A program made the translations under genes and the position numbers. The notes beneath the pieces are model-generated. The model made no database searches and was not told the origin of the DNA. It saw only the letters and a list, made by a program, of their open reading frames with translations. Shown piece by piece: positions 20,722 to 31,809 of a stretch of 64,000 nucleotides of DNA. How positions within the stretch are numbered: the stretch's first letter is position 1; every line of letters starts with the position of its first letter. Origin of the DNA: an uncultured Chloroflexia bacterium (GTDB lineage Bacteria > Chloroflexota > Anaerolineae > B4-G1 > SLSP01); the NCBI GenBank assembly GCA_963751345.1, contig CAVVUS010000021.1:1-64000 (forward strand), read 5' to 3'.

Positions 20722-23562
20722 ATGCTGAAACTTGTCTACAGAGTTATCGGCGTCATCCAATTCGCCATTGAGCGGCTGGTTCACAACCCTGGGTTGACCT
20801 TCCTGGCCCTTCTTGGCGTCATACTTGCAGTGGGGCTGGTCAGCAACGCTGCGTTTTTTGCTCAAGCTGTGGACCAGGTCATCCTCAACCAGGAGCTTGG
20901 CGCGTTCAGTAAGATGACAGGCCGCCCCCCGTTCTCTACTAGCGTCTACACATTCCCCTCAGTGGATTCACCTATCTCCGTCTCCCTGGGTGAGGATCTG
21001 GGGAAGAACGTTGCCGGTACCGTCTCATCCGAGGTCGGGTTGCCCGTCGACTCCCTGAATATGGAGATTCACAGCGGGAACATGATGCTGAGCCCTACGG
21101 CGGAGGACACCCAATACGGTCAGGGCGATTCACTGGGATCTGCGGACATGGTGTACATCCAGGCCGTGTCCCCGCACATGACGATCCTGGCGGGTGATCC
21201 TCTCGATCCGGACGGCGTCTCAGGCGACGTTATCGACGTATGGATGCACACGCGATTGGCAGAGAAAATGGGGATCAACGTTGGGGACGAGCTGAACATC
21301 GCCGCCAACGTCAACTCCACACCTTCGACGGTGCGCATCGTCGGCATCTGGCAAGCAACCGACCCGAGCTCTGACTTTTGGTTTGAGAATCCGGATGCGA
21401 CGCTGCAGAACGCGTTGTTGGTTCGACGCACCGACTACATCGATCGCATTCAGCCCCTGATCCCATCGCAGAGCTGGTATGTCGCCTGGCACATCATCCT
21501 CAATGGCGACAAAGTCTACCCGGAACTGGCACAGGACTACCTCCAAGGGTTCACTCGCGCGCAGGTCATCATCGACAAGTATCTGCCGAAAGCGAAAATC
21601 AACACGCCGCCGCTGGATCCTCTCAAGTCCTTCGTCTCACGGGGCGACACGCTCACGGTCATCTTGTTGAGCTTCAATCTGCCCGCCTTTGGTTTCCTGC
21701 TCTACTTCCTGGTCCTTTCCTCAGCGATTATTGCTCAATGGCAGCAGCGCGAGACGGCGATGCTGGTCGGACGGGGAATGCGTCCATCCAGCATCTTGAC
21801 CCTCACGATGTTCGAGGAGATCATCCTCTTCGTCCTCGGATATCCCTTAGGGATCGGACTGGGGATGATTCTGGCAAGAGTGATGGGGGACACCTCAAGT
21901 TTCCTGGCCTTCACCTCTCGTCCGCCGTTGCCGGTAGCCCTCAGGGGGCTGAACATTCCGGTCACGCTCATCGCCCTCCTGGTCGCTTTCGCGGCCCGTA
22001 TGATCCCGTCTGCCCGCGCGACTCGGATGAGTGCCGTGGAGGTCGATAGGACCCGGTCGCGACCCACTAAGGGGCCGTTCTGGTACCGGGCATACCTGGA
22101 CTTCTTGCTCCTGGCCCCGACTTACTATCTTTACCGGCAGGTCTCGCTCAAGGGCTCATTGTCGGCACTGGTGCAGAACTCTCCGGCGGATCTCTACCAG
22201 GACCCGTTACTGATCCTGGTCCCGGCTCTTTTCATCCTCACGGCATCGCTGATGACCCTCCGGCTCTTTCCGTTCTTCATGCAGGCGCTGGACTTCGTCG
22301 CCAATCTCATCCCCTGGGCCACGCCACACCTGGCACTCCGGCAACTCGGACGCCGCAGCCATACCTACATCAATCCACTCTTGCTGGTCATCGTCTCGCT
22401 GGGGCTGGGTGTCTACACGCTTTCGATGGCGGCCAGCCTCGACCAATGGTTGATCGATCGGGTGTACTACCAAGTGGGAACTGACCTCACGTTCGTCCCA
22501 TTGCCGCCAGCCCAGGGTGATTCGTCAGAAGGGGTCACGGTCGTCACGGGGGAGTGGATCCCCTTGCCGGGGAACTTCGAGCAACTCGATGGGGTGAAAG
22601 CGGCGACGCCTGTCGGGGACTATCCAATGTCGGTGAGTCTGATGAACAGCGGCAACGTCCACGGGCAGTTCATGGCGATTGATCGTCTGACCTTCCCCAA
22701 CGTCGCCTGGTTCCGCAAGGATTTTGCCAAGGATTCGCTTGGGGGACTGATGAACCTCCTCGCGTCATCGCCGAATGCAGTGCTGATGTCACAGGATCTC
22801 TTTGACAAGAACGACCTCTTCATCGGAGATCAGGTCAACATCAGCATCGGCGTCAACTACGAGTTCCACATCAGTGATACCTTCACCGTCGTTGGGACTT
22901 TCGACTACTTCCCGACCGTGTACGAGGATCAGGAGGTGTCGATCATCGGCAATCTGGACTACCTGGATTTCTACGTTGGCATACCGGTGCCCCACGGCGA
23001 GTGGCTCAGCGTGGACAAAGGCGTGAATCCCGAGAGTATCATCAAGCAGATTCCAGGGGCACTGAATATCAGCGCGGGAAAGCCGGATGATGCCGTCACT
23101 ATGATTCAAGACGAGCAGGGGAAGTTCGAACGGGTAGGCGTCTTCGGTACCCTGTCGGTGGGCTTCCTGGCTGCCGTAGTGATGGCGGCGATGGGCCTGC
23201 TGATCTATACCTACGCCTCCCTTCGGGAGCGACTGGAGCGCTTCACGATCCTGAGGGCAGTAGGGATGCTGCGCAGCCAAATCACGGCCCAAGTCGTGAT
23301 GGAATACGCCTTCCTCACAGCCTATGGATCGATCGCCGGGGCCCTGATCGGTTCCTTCGCCTCGAGCCTCTTCGTCCCGCTCTTCCGGATCACCGGTGAG
23401 CAGGGAGTACCGCTGCCGCCGCTGATTCCGGTCATTGCAGTGGATCAGGTGCGCTGGCTCATCGTGATCTTCGTAGGCACGATTATCGGACTTGAGGTGT
23501 TCGTTATCACCAGAGCGCTATCGAGACGGGCCTTCAGCCTCCTCAAGGGCGTCTTTGGCTAG
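20722..23562 (+). CDS. Large FtsX/MacB-like ABC transporter permease (duplicated architecture)
   Basis: 946 aa, two extracytoplasmic domains and two FtsX motifs ('QQRETAMLVGRG', 'RLERFTILRAVG'). Confidence 0.85.
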   Translation: MLKLVYRVIGVIQFAIERLVHNPGLTFLALLGVILAVGLVSNAAFFAQAVDQVILNQELGAFSKMTGRPPFSTSVYTFPSVDSPISVSLGEDLGKNVAGTVSSEVGLPVDSLNMEIHSGNMMLSPTAEDTQYGQGDSLGSADMVYIQAVSPHMTILAGDPLDPDGVSGDVIDVWMHTRLAEKMGINVGDELNIAANVNSTPSTVRIVGIWQATDPSSDFWFENPDATLQNALLVRRTDYIDRIQPLIPSQSWYVAWHIILNGDKVYPELAQDYLQGFTRAQVIIDKYLPKAKINTPPLDPLKSFVSRGDTLTVILLSFNLPAFGFLLYFLVLSSAIIAQWQQRETAMLVGRGMRPSSILTLTMFEEIILFVLGYPLGIGLGMILARVMGDTSSFLAFTSRPPLPVALRGLNIPVTLIALLVAFAARMIPSARATRMSAVEVDRTRSRPTKGPFWYRAYLDFLLLAPTYYLYRQVSLKGSLSALVQNSPADLYQDPLLILVPALFILTASLMTLRLFPFFMQALDFVANLIPWATPHLALRQLGRRSHTYINPLLLVIVSLGLGVYTLSMAASLDQWLIDRVYYQVGTDLTFVPLPPAQGDSSEGVTVVTGEWIPLPGNFEQLDGVKAATPVGDYPMSVSLMNSGNVHGQFMAIDRLTFPNVAWFRKDFAKDSLGGLMNLLASSPNAVLMSQDLFDKNDLFIGDQVNISIGVNYEFHISDTFTVVGTFDYFPTVYEDQEVSIIGNLDYLDFYVGIPVPHGEWLSVDKGVNPESIIKQIPGALNISAGKPDDAVTMIQDEQGKFERVGVFGTLSVGFLAAVVMAAMGLLIYTYASLRERLERFTILRAVGMLRSQITAQVVMEYAFLTAYGSIAGALIGSFASSLFVPLFRITGEQGVPLPPLIPVIAVDQVRWLIVIFVGTIIGLEVFVITRALSRRAFSLLKGVFG

Positions 23563-23748
23563 AGAAGTGCCGAGGCCATCTTAGGGCCAGGGTGAAGGAC
23601 GCTCTCGCTGCGCATCACCCTCACTCAAGGCATGCGCCGAGCGACGTTGATGCAGCGAACCGCATTGACGCCGCTCGGTCTTTTCTGTCTCGGAGCATCA
23701 GGGGCAGCAGCGATCGGCATCGACGGGCACGCGGAAAGGCCGTGGGGT

Positions 23749-23776
23749 TTGTGAAGCCCGGGGATGCGGCTATCAT
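23749..23776 (+). promoter_or_regulatory. Putative promoter TTGTGA-N16-TATCAT of the glgA-led operon
   Basis: Hexamers 33 nt upstream of the glgA ATG (SD GAGAGG). Confidence 0.55.
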
Positions 23777-23809
23777 CAGTCGTGCGTCGAACAATGCAGA
23801 GAGAGGCCA

Positions 23810-25322
23810 ATGGAAAGACAGCTGAGAATCGCGATGATCGCTTCCGAGTGCGTACCTTTCGCCAAGACCGGCGGTCTCGCGGACGTTGTCGGTGCCCTGC
23901 CCAAAGCGTTGAAAGCCTTGGGGCACGATGTCCTGGTCGTGATGCCAAAGTACCGATCCATCGATGCCGCAAAGTACGGGCTCCGCCCCTTCTTCGGACA
24001 GATGTGCGTTTGGATGGGGAACACCGAGGAATGGTGTGCCGTCCAGGTCGCGAGTAGCGGCGGTGCGGACACAGACGGAGACGTGCCCGTCTACTTTATC
24101 GAGTCGGACAAGTACTTCGATCGTCAAGGGCTGTACCACGACGCGGAGCTACATGACTACGGCGACAACGCCCGCCGCTTTGCCTTCCTGACCCGCGCCG
24201 CGCTGCAGTTGTGCCGCGACATGGGATTCGATGCGGACATCGTCCACGCCCACGATTGGCAGACCGCGCTGGCGCCCGCCTATCTCAAGATCTGGCATTG
24301 GAATGATCGCTATGCTGGGTGACGCGGCTAGCGTATTGACGATCCACAACATCGGCTATCAAGGCATCTTTCCGCCCGAGCACTACGACTACGTCGGGCT
24401 CCAGTGGGGTAATTTCACGCCCGACAAGCTTGAGGACCATGGCCACATCAACTATCTCAAAGGTGGCATTGCCTATGCGGATCTCGTCAACACCGTGAGC
24501 CCTACCTATGCCGATGAAACGCGCACGCCCGAGTATGCGCAGGGCATGGCGCCGTATCTCACCGATCGTGGGGACGACTACGTGGGAATCCTTAACGGCG
24601 TCGACTACAGCCGTTGGAACCCCGAGACGGACCCACTCATCCCCGAGCGCTTCTCGCGGCGCGATATGCACGGCAAGGGCATCTGCAAAGAGGCACTGCA
24701 GAAGCGGTTCGAGCTTGATGTCGACCCCGCTCTGCCCATCGTTGGCGTCGTGAGCCGCTTTGCGGAACAGAAAGGGCTCGATATCCTGGCGCAATGCATC
24801 GAAGCGATCGTGACCGATATGAAGGTGCAGTTCGTCATCCTGGGCTCAGGGGCCAAGAAGCTCGAGGCGTTCTTCGGCGGGCTGCCCGCGCGTTATCCTG
24901 GACGGATCGGGGCACACATCGGCTACAACGAAAAGCTTGCGCACTGGATAGAAGCCGGCGCGGACTTCTTCATCATGCCGTCCCGCTATGAGCCTTGTGG
25001 CCTCAACCAGATCTACTCGCTCAGGTATGGCACCCTGCCTATCGTGCGGAACACAGGCGGGCTCGCCGACACCGTGGAGCAATACGACGAGCGCCTCGGC
25101 ACCGGCACGGGGTTCAAGTTCCAGCGCCTCGACGCCAAAGCTATCTACTATGTCGTCGGCTGGGCTGTGAGCACCTGGTATGATCGTAAGCACCATATCG
25201 GCAAGATGCGGCGAAAAGGCATGGCCATGGACTTCTCGTGGGAAGAGAGCGCAAAGGCCTATCTGCGGGCGTACGAACAGGCCATCGAGAACAAGAGGAA
25301 ACTTAGCCATACAGGAGGTTGA
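23810..25322 (+). CDS. glgA: Glycogen synthase (GT5), frameshift near 24306
   Basis: SECVPFAKTGGLADV, HAHDWQT, TIHN..YQG, GILNGVD, SR...QKG, PSRYEPCGL, TGGLADTV. Confidence 0.95.
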
Positions 25323-25325
25323 CCG

Positions 25326-26163
25326 ATGAGACTCGGGGCACCCGTCTTCGTCAAACAACTGACACCAGAGAGCTGGGTTGCTGCGCTGAAGATGGCCGGA
25401 TACCGGGCGGCCTACTGCCCGATCGGCGCTGACGCCGACGACGCGACTGTCCGGGCCTACGTCAAGGCCGCCGGCGACGCCGACATCGTCATCGCCGAGG
25501 TAGGGGCGTGGAGCAATCCAATGAGCGCCGATGCCGGTGAACGGAGAGCCGCGCTTGAGACGTGCCAGATCCAGCTTGCCCTGGCCGATGCAGTCGGCGC
25601 ACGGTGCTGTGTCAATATCTCGGGGTCGCGGGGACAGCCGTGGGACGGACCCCACCCTGCCAATCTCACGAGCGAGACCTTCGATGCGATTGTGGAGAGC
25701 GTGCGTACCATCATCGACGCCGTCAAGCCCAAGCGCACCTTCTACGCCCTGGAGCCCATGCCCTGGATGTATCCCGACACGGCTGACAGCTACCTGGCGC
25801 TGCTGAAGGCTGTCAATCGCGACCATTTTGGCGTCCACATCGATATGGTCAATGTCGTCAACAGCCCGCAGTGCTACTTCAGCAGCGGCGACCTGATACG
25901 GGAGTGGTTCACCAAACTGGGCCCCCATATCCGGAGTTGTCACGCCAAGGATACGCTGCTCTCGACCAAACTGACCACACACCTGGACGAGGTGCGTCCC
26001 GGAATGGGCAACCTTGATTACCGCACGCTTGCTGCGCGAGCTCGACAAGCTGGATCCCGACACTCCGCTCATGATCGAGCACCTCCAGACCGAAGAGGAC
26101 TACCGGCTCTCTGCTGCATATATCCGCGATCTCGCTGACGAGATCGACGTGAAGTTGGGCTAG
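25326..26163 (+). CDS. Sugar phosphate isomerase/epimerase family protein, frameshift near 26030
   Basis: EVGAWSN, ALEPMPW, HIDMVN, CHAKD; C-terminus 'PLMIEHL' lies in the shifted frame ending at TAG 26163. Confidence 0.85.
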
Positions 26164-26181
26164 CCATAGAGGAGGCTGACG

Positions 26182-26961
26182 ATGCAATACGGTGTATGTG
26201 CTGATCCGGACTCCGCATCCGTCCTCGCCGACGCCGGATTCGATTTCATTGAGCTTAACGTGCAGAAGCATCTCAAGCCCTTGGCGACCGAGCCGGTGTT
26301 TGCGACTGAGCTCGCTCGCATCAGGGATGCGGCCCTACCGGCACTTGCTGCAAACAGCTTCGTGCCCGGCTCACTGAAGATCACAGGTCCATCGGTCGAC
26401 CGGAGCGCCCTTGAGGACTACGCCGTCACGGCATTTGCGCGCGCGGAGGCTGTAGGCGTGAAGACCATCGTCTTCGGATCGGGGGGCGCGCGTCAGATCC
26501 CCGATGGGTTCGATCGAGAGCAGGCCTGGAGCCAACTCGTGTGGTTCGGAAGGATGATCGGCCCCCCGGCGCAAGTGCACGGGGTGACGGTGGTCGTCGA
26601 GCCGCTGAATACGACCAGGGGCGAGTGCAACGTGTTGACGTCGATTGGAGAGGGCGCCCGGTACGTCAGAGAGGTCGATCATCCCAGCGTGCGGCTCCTG
26701 GCGGATGCCTATCACTGGGGCCTGGACGGCGACAGCTTCGACGCCCTCGTCGAGAATGCGCCGCTGCTCTGCCACATCCACGTCGCCACGGTGAACTCAC
26801 GCGTCCCGCCGGGTTTCGAGCCCTGCGATTTCTCCCGTTTCTTCCACGCGCTGACCCTCGGCGGCTACGACGGGACGATCTCAATCGAGGCTCGCTGGGA
26901 CGACATGGCGATGCAGGCGGGAGCAGCGTATAGGACGCTCAGAGAGCTCGTGATAGCGTAG
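26182..26961 (+). CDS. Ketose 3-epimerase-like (D-psicose/D-tagatose 3-epimerase family) TIM-barrel protein
   Basis: GFDFIE, VFGSGGAR, VEPLN...E, LADAYH, HIH, SIE. Confidence 0.85.
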   Translation: MQYGVCADPDSASVLADAGFDFIELNVQKHLKPLATEPVFATELARIRDAALPALAANSFVPGSLKITGPSVDRSALEDYAVTAFARAEAVGVKTIVFGSGGARQIPDGFDREQAWSQLVWFGRMIGPPAQVHGVTVVVEPLNTTRGECNVLTSIGEGARYVREVDHPSVRLLADAYHWGLDGDSFDALVENAPLLCHIHVATVNSRVPPGFEPCDFSRFFHALTLGGYDGTISIEARWDDMAMQAGAAYRTLRELVIA

Positions 26962-26973
26962 TAGGAGGCACCT

Positions 26974-28788
26974 ATGACCGCAACCCGCGTTCACGTGTGG
27001 GAGAAGGTTGAGATCGTCCTGACGGCTCATGAAGCCTACGAGAACCCGTATACGGATGTCACCGTATGGGTAGATCTGGAGGGCCCGGACTTCAAGAAGC
27101 GCGTCTACGGCTTCTGGGACGGCGGAAGCACCTTTCGGGTTCGCGTGGTGGCAAATGCACCGGGCGATTGGGTATGGCGTAGCGGCGCCAACCACGCCGA
27201 CGCCGGCTTGTGCGGTGAGCGCGGGCATCTGGAGGCCACGTCGTGGACAGGAGCTGAGCTTGCTGAAAACCCCAACCGCCGCGGTTTCCTGCGCCCCACC
27301 CCCAACGGCCACGCGCTGACCTATGCCGATGGCACGCCCTGTTTCCTCATCGGCGACACCTGGTGGGCGACGCCGACCTATCGCCACCGCTGGACCGACG
27401 AACCCGAGGGCGTGCCGGTCGGGCCGGGGATGGGATTCAAGGATATGGTCCGCTACCGCAAGGCCCAGGGATACAACCTGATCGCGATGATTGCCGCGCT
27501 CCCTGCATGGGCCAACGACGGCAGGCCCGCCCGGATCTGGTACGATGAGGCCGCAGGGATCGGCATTCGAGATGCCTGGCAGCAGGCGGGCACCTCATCC
27601 GCAAAGGATATGCACAACGAGGGGGGACGGCCCTTCGAGTTCCCCGGTAGGGTCCCCGGCTACGAGGACGTCGTCCCGGACTTCGACCGCATCAATCCGG
27701 GGTATTTTCAGGCCATGGACAGGAAAATCGACTATCTCGACGCCGAGGGTTTCATACCCTTCATCGAGGTCACGCGGCGAGACGTGACGACGGCTTGGCG
27801 TGCCTTCTATGACTGGCCCGAGTCGTATGCCCGGTATGTGCAGTATGTCTTCAGCCGCTACCAGGCGCATGCCTGTATCCTGAGTCCCATCCATTTCGAC
27901 TGGGTAGGGATGTCGGTCCCCTCACGTGACTACAATGAACCGGTCGGCAGGGTCTTCGAGCAATTCGGCCCACCTCCCTTCGGCACGCTCTGCTCGGCCA
28001 ACTGCAGCGGATCGACCCTGATCAACTTCGACCAGCCGTCGTGGCTCACGCTCCACCAGATCGGCAACTGGCGGGACCACGACAGTCACTGGCTGCTCAC
28101 TGAGATCTACCACGAGGCCGACCCATCTCGCCCTGCGCTCAACGGCGAACCTTACTATGCCGGATGGGCCGACCACCGGGGCTGGCCCACCTATGAAGGA
28201 TGGTCGCAGGGCGACTTTATAGGTGGCACAGAGGCCGACGATGCAGGCTGTCGATCGGGCATGTACGGCAGCTTCCTCTCAGGCGGATTGGCCGGTCACA
28301 TCTACGGGGCGCAAGGCATCTGGGGTGCTGACATCGAGCCCGAGGTGGTGAAAAACACGCTCTGGGAGGCGCTCCAGTGGCGCTCCGGCGCCCAGATGGC
28401 GCATCTGCGCACCTTTGCACTGTCGGAGAGTGCCCGATACCAACACCTGGTGCCCTGTGCGGACCTGGTGACGCCGAGCAAGACCGCGGAGACCAAGGGA
28501 AATGAAGGATGGGCCTACGCGGCCAGAACACCCGAGAAGGACCTCTTTCTCCTGTACTTCGAGCGAGGATACGCCATCCACGCCGTTGAGGCGCCCGTCG
28601 TCCGCGGCGCGCTCCCGTCCGAGGTCTACCACGCAGATTGGTTCGACCCGCGGGCCGGCGTTTGGCACGACGCCGGTGCACTCACCTCGGATGCCTGGTG
28701 TCAGATCGCTTTGCCGCCCCTTCCTTCCGGCGAGGATTGGGCTTTGAAATTGGTCGTGCAGCGGGCACGTGAGTCGGAGATAGGGTAA
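26974..28788 (+). CDS. DUF5060 + DUF4038 (GH140 apiosidase-like) glycoside hydrolase with C-terminal beta-sandwich
   Basis: N-terminal 'WEKVEI..YENPY..GFWDGG..FRVR', 'ADGTP.F.IGDTWW', 'NGEPYY', 'GHIYGA', C-terminal 'WFDPR.G'; no signal peptide. Confidence 0.75.
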   Translation: MTATRVHVWEKVEIVLTAHEAYENPYTDVTVWVDLEGPDFKKRVYGFWDGGSTFRVRVVANAPGDWVWRSGANHADAGLCGERGHLEATSWTGAELAENPNRRGFLRPTPNGHALTYADGTPCFLIGDTWWATPTYRHRWTDEPEGVPVGPGMGFKDMVRYRKAQGYNLIAMIAALPAWANDGRPARIWYDEAAGIGIRDAWQQAGTSSAKDMHNEGGRPFEFPGRVPGYEDVVPDFDRINPGYFQAMDRKIDYLDAEGFIPFIEVTRRDVTTAWRAFYDWPESYARYVQYVFSRYQAHACILSPIHFDWVGMSVPSRDYNEPVGRVFEQFGPPPFGTLCSANCSGSTLINFDQPSWLTLHQIGNWRDHDSHWLLTEIYHEADPSRPALNGEPYYAGWADHRGWPTYEGWSQGDFIGGTEADDAGCRSGMYGSFLSGGLAGHIYGAQGIWGADIEPEVVKNTLWEALQWRSGAQMAHLRTFALSESARYQHLVPCADLVTPSKTAETKGNEGWAYAARTPEKDLFLLYFERGYAIHAVEAPVVRGALPSEVYHADWFDPRAGVWHDAGALTSDAWCQIALPPLPSGEDWALKLVVQRARESEIG

Positions 28789-28829
28789 ACGACAGGACCA
28801 CCATCCGGTAACCTACAAAGGAGCCACCT

Positions 28830-30041
28830 ATGACAACCGGAATCCCCGAGAGTCTCGGATTCTCATCGGAACGGCTGAAGCGCATCGACGCACTGATGAA
28901 GCAGTACGTAGACGAGGGCAAGCTCGCCGGCATCGTGACGACCGTGGGGCGTCGTGGCAAGATCGTCCACAACGCGGCCTGCGGTATGATGGACATCGAG
29001 AAGCAGAAGCCGATGTCGCTCGACGCGATCTTCCGCATCGCGTCTATGACCAAGCCGGTGACGAGCGTCGCCGCTATGCTGCTCTACGAGGAAGGCCGCT
29101 TCGACCTGCATACGCCCGTCTACGAGTTCATCCCGGCATTCAAGGACGTGAAGGTCCTCCAGGGCACGACACCCGATGGACTCGACCTTGCGGACGTAGC
29201 TCACCCCATAACGATCGGTCACCTGATGACCCACACATCAGGTCTGAGCTATGGATGGGACCCGAACGACCCCGTCGACCAATGCTATCAGGCGGCTCGA
29301 AGCAAGCTGGTCGAGCAGAAGCCAGCCCCGGACCTCAAGGACATCGTCGATTTCGTCGCGGCCCAACCGTTGGCTTTTGAGCCGGGCACGAGTTGGCGCT
29401 ACAGCCTCGGCATCGACGTATTGGGGCATATCGTTGAGATCGTCTCGGGCAAGCCGCTCGACGAGTTCTTTGCCGAGCGCATCTTTGAGCCGCTGAGGAT
29501 GGTCGACAGCGGCTTCTATGCTCCAGAGGATAAGCTGGCGCGTTTGGCAGTCCTCTACGGGCACGTATCCGACAAGCTGACGCCGATGGGGGCGCCGGCG
29601 GGGCTACGCGGCTCGGAGAAGCCGAGTTGGTTCTCAGGCGGCGGGGGGCTGGTCTCCACAGCCTCGGACTATGCACGCTTCGCGTCGATGCTGTGCAACG
29701 GCGGCAGGCTCGACGGCGTGCAGTTGCTCAGCCCCACCACGGTGGCGCTCTACAGGATCAACCACGCTTCCGACGAGGCCCTGCGGACCTACCGTGGTCT
29801 CTCAGACCATAACGCCGGATATGGGTTCGGCCTGGGCGTCCAAGTGTTGACGGACGTGGCGGCCTCGGGGAAGGCCGGGTCGGTGGGGGAGTTTGGCTGG
29901 AGTGGGGCATTCAGCACCTACTTCTGGATCGATCCGGCAGAGGCGCTTTACGGAGTTCTGATGACCCAGTATACGCCAAACAACATCTATCCGATCTGGG
30001 GGCAGTTCAAACAACTGACGTATCAGGCGATCATCGGCTGA
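28830..30041 (+). CDS. Serine hydrolase, beta-lactamase class C-like/family VIII esterase
   Basis: FRIASMTK (SxxK), LMTHTSG, PG..WRYS, GGGGL.ST..DY, WSG. Confidence 0.9.
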   Translation: MTTGIPESLGFSSERLKRIDALMKQYVDEGKLAGIVTTVGRRGKIVHNAACGMMDIEKQKPMSLDAIFRIASMTKPVTSVAAMLLYEEGRFDLHTPVYEFIPAFKDVKVLQGTTPDGLDLADVAHPITIGHLMTHTSGLSYGWDPNDPVDQCYQAARSKLVEQKPAPDLKDIVDFVAAQPLAFEPGTSWRYSLGIDVLGHIVEIVSGKPLDEFFAERIFEPLRMVDSGFYAPEDKLARLAVLYGHVSDKLTPMGAPAGLRGSEKPSWFSGGGGLVSTASDYARFASMLCNGGRLDGVQLLSPTTVALYRINHASDEALRTYRGLSDHNAGYGFGLGVQVLTDVAASGKAGSVGEFGWSGAFSTYFWIDPAEALYGVLMTQYTPNNIYPIWGQFKQLTYQAIIG

Positions 30042-30047
30042 CGGCGG

Positions 30048-31575
30048 ATGGGCAACTTCATCCTCGCGCACGATCTGGGCACCACAGGCAACAAGGCCAC
30101 ACTCTACGACGCCGATGGCGTCCTCATCGGAAGCGCGTTCCACGCCTATGCGACGCGCTATCCCGCGACCGGATGGGCCGAGCAGGATCCTCAGGACTGG
30201 TGGGCAGCGGTCTGCGACTCGACACGGCGCCTCCTCGCCGAGACGGGCGCGGGTGGCAGCGACATCGCTTGCATCACCTTTAGCGGTCAAATGATGGGAT
30301 GCGTCCCGCTGGATCGGGAAGCACGCCCCCTGCGCTCGGCCATCATCTGGGCCGATCAGCGTGCCGTGGCCCAAGCGCTCTGGGTTGGCGAGCGCGTTCC
30401 TTTCGAAGAGATCTACCGCATCACGGGGCACCGGCTGAGCTCATCGTATTCGCTGGCCAAGATCCTGTGGTTGCGGGATCACCAGCCCGAGGTCTACCGC
30501 CGCGCCTACAAGTTCACCCACGCCAAAGATGCTATGGTCGCCCGCCTGACGGGAGCTTTCGTCACCGATCCTTCCGACGCTTCCGGGATGAACCTCTACG
30601 ATCTGGCGACGGGGGCCTGGTCGCCGCGGATACTCGACGCCGTCGAGCTCGATCCCGCGCGCCTTCCCGATGTCCGGCCCTCCAGCAGTATTGTCGGTCA
30701 CGTCCTGCAGGGGATTGCCGACGAGGCGGGCGTGCCCGCGGGCACCCCGGTCGCCATCGGCGGGGGTGACGGCGCCTGCGCCGCCGCAGGGGCCGGCGTG
30801 GTTGCCGAGGGATCAGCGTACAACTACGTCGGCTCATCCTCTTGGATCGCCCTGGCGACCGTGGCGCCGATCTTCGATCCCGACTACAAGACGTTCACCT
30901 TCGCACACCTCGTGCCCGGGATGTTCATGCCCGACGGCACGATGCAGGCGGCGGGTGCCTCGTACCAGTGGACGCGCGATCAGCTTTGTCCCGGCGAGAT
31001 CGACAGTGCCGACGGTACTGCAGACCAGCCCCTACGAGCTGATGAACGCCCAGGCCGCGCAATCGCCGCCGGGCGCGAACGGGCTGCTCTTCCTGCCCTA
31101 CCTGATGGGAGAACGCAGCCCCCACTGGAATCCCAACGCGCGAGGCGCCTTTGTCGGGCTGACGATCCGCCACACACGGTCAGACATGATCCGCGCCGTC
31201 CTGGAGGGGGTGGCGATGAACCTGCGCCTGATCCTGGAGGCCTTCCAGGCGCAAGGCGCCGAGGTCGAGGCGATGCGTCTCATTGGCGGCGGAGCTCGCG
31301 GGCGAATATGGAATCAGATCATGGCCGACATCTACGGAATCCCGGTGCAGCGCCTGGCGATTCTGGAGGAGGCGACCTCAATGGGAGCGGCCCTGGCGGG
31401 CGGCATCGCCGTGGGGCTCTATCCGGGGTTCTCCATGGCCACCGAGATGAACCCCGTCGCGGAGGTGATCGACCCGGACCCCACCCACCAGGCCACCTAT
31501 GCCGAGCTGACCGAGATCTTCAAGGAGACCTACCGGGCGCTCGCACCGGTGTACGAGCGGATGGCAGGGATATAG
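30048..31575 (+). CDS. xylB: FGGY-family carbohydrate kinase (xylulokinase-like), frameshift near 31010
   Basis: HDLGTTGNK, EQDP..WW, SGQM, IWADQR, TDPSDASG, GGGDG, LPYLMGERSP, LEGV, IGGGA. Confidence 0.8.
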
Positions 31576-31608
31576 GCACGAAGCGCCAAGACAGATCCTG
31601 AGTAAGCC

Positions 31609-31634
31609 GTAGAGACGCCCCGGTGGGGCGTCTC
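31609..31634 (+). repeat. GTAG-headed REP-like palindrome
   Basis: GTA-GAGACGCCCC-GGT-GGGGCGTCTC, a perfect 10-bp stem, between convergent genes. Confidence 0.6.
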
Positions 31635-31809
31635 CGGACGCGGCGTCATCGCCGATGTGAAGGCGTGCACGACAGCGCGCACTGCCGTTCAACGGTATCC
31701 GCACGCCAGAAGACGGGGCGCCTCGGACGGCAGGCACCGGCCCGTCCCTTCAACGACTGCGGTAAGCAGTGCCTGATGCCAGCGCACGTCTTTAGCGTCG
31801 GCTACCCAC

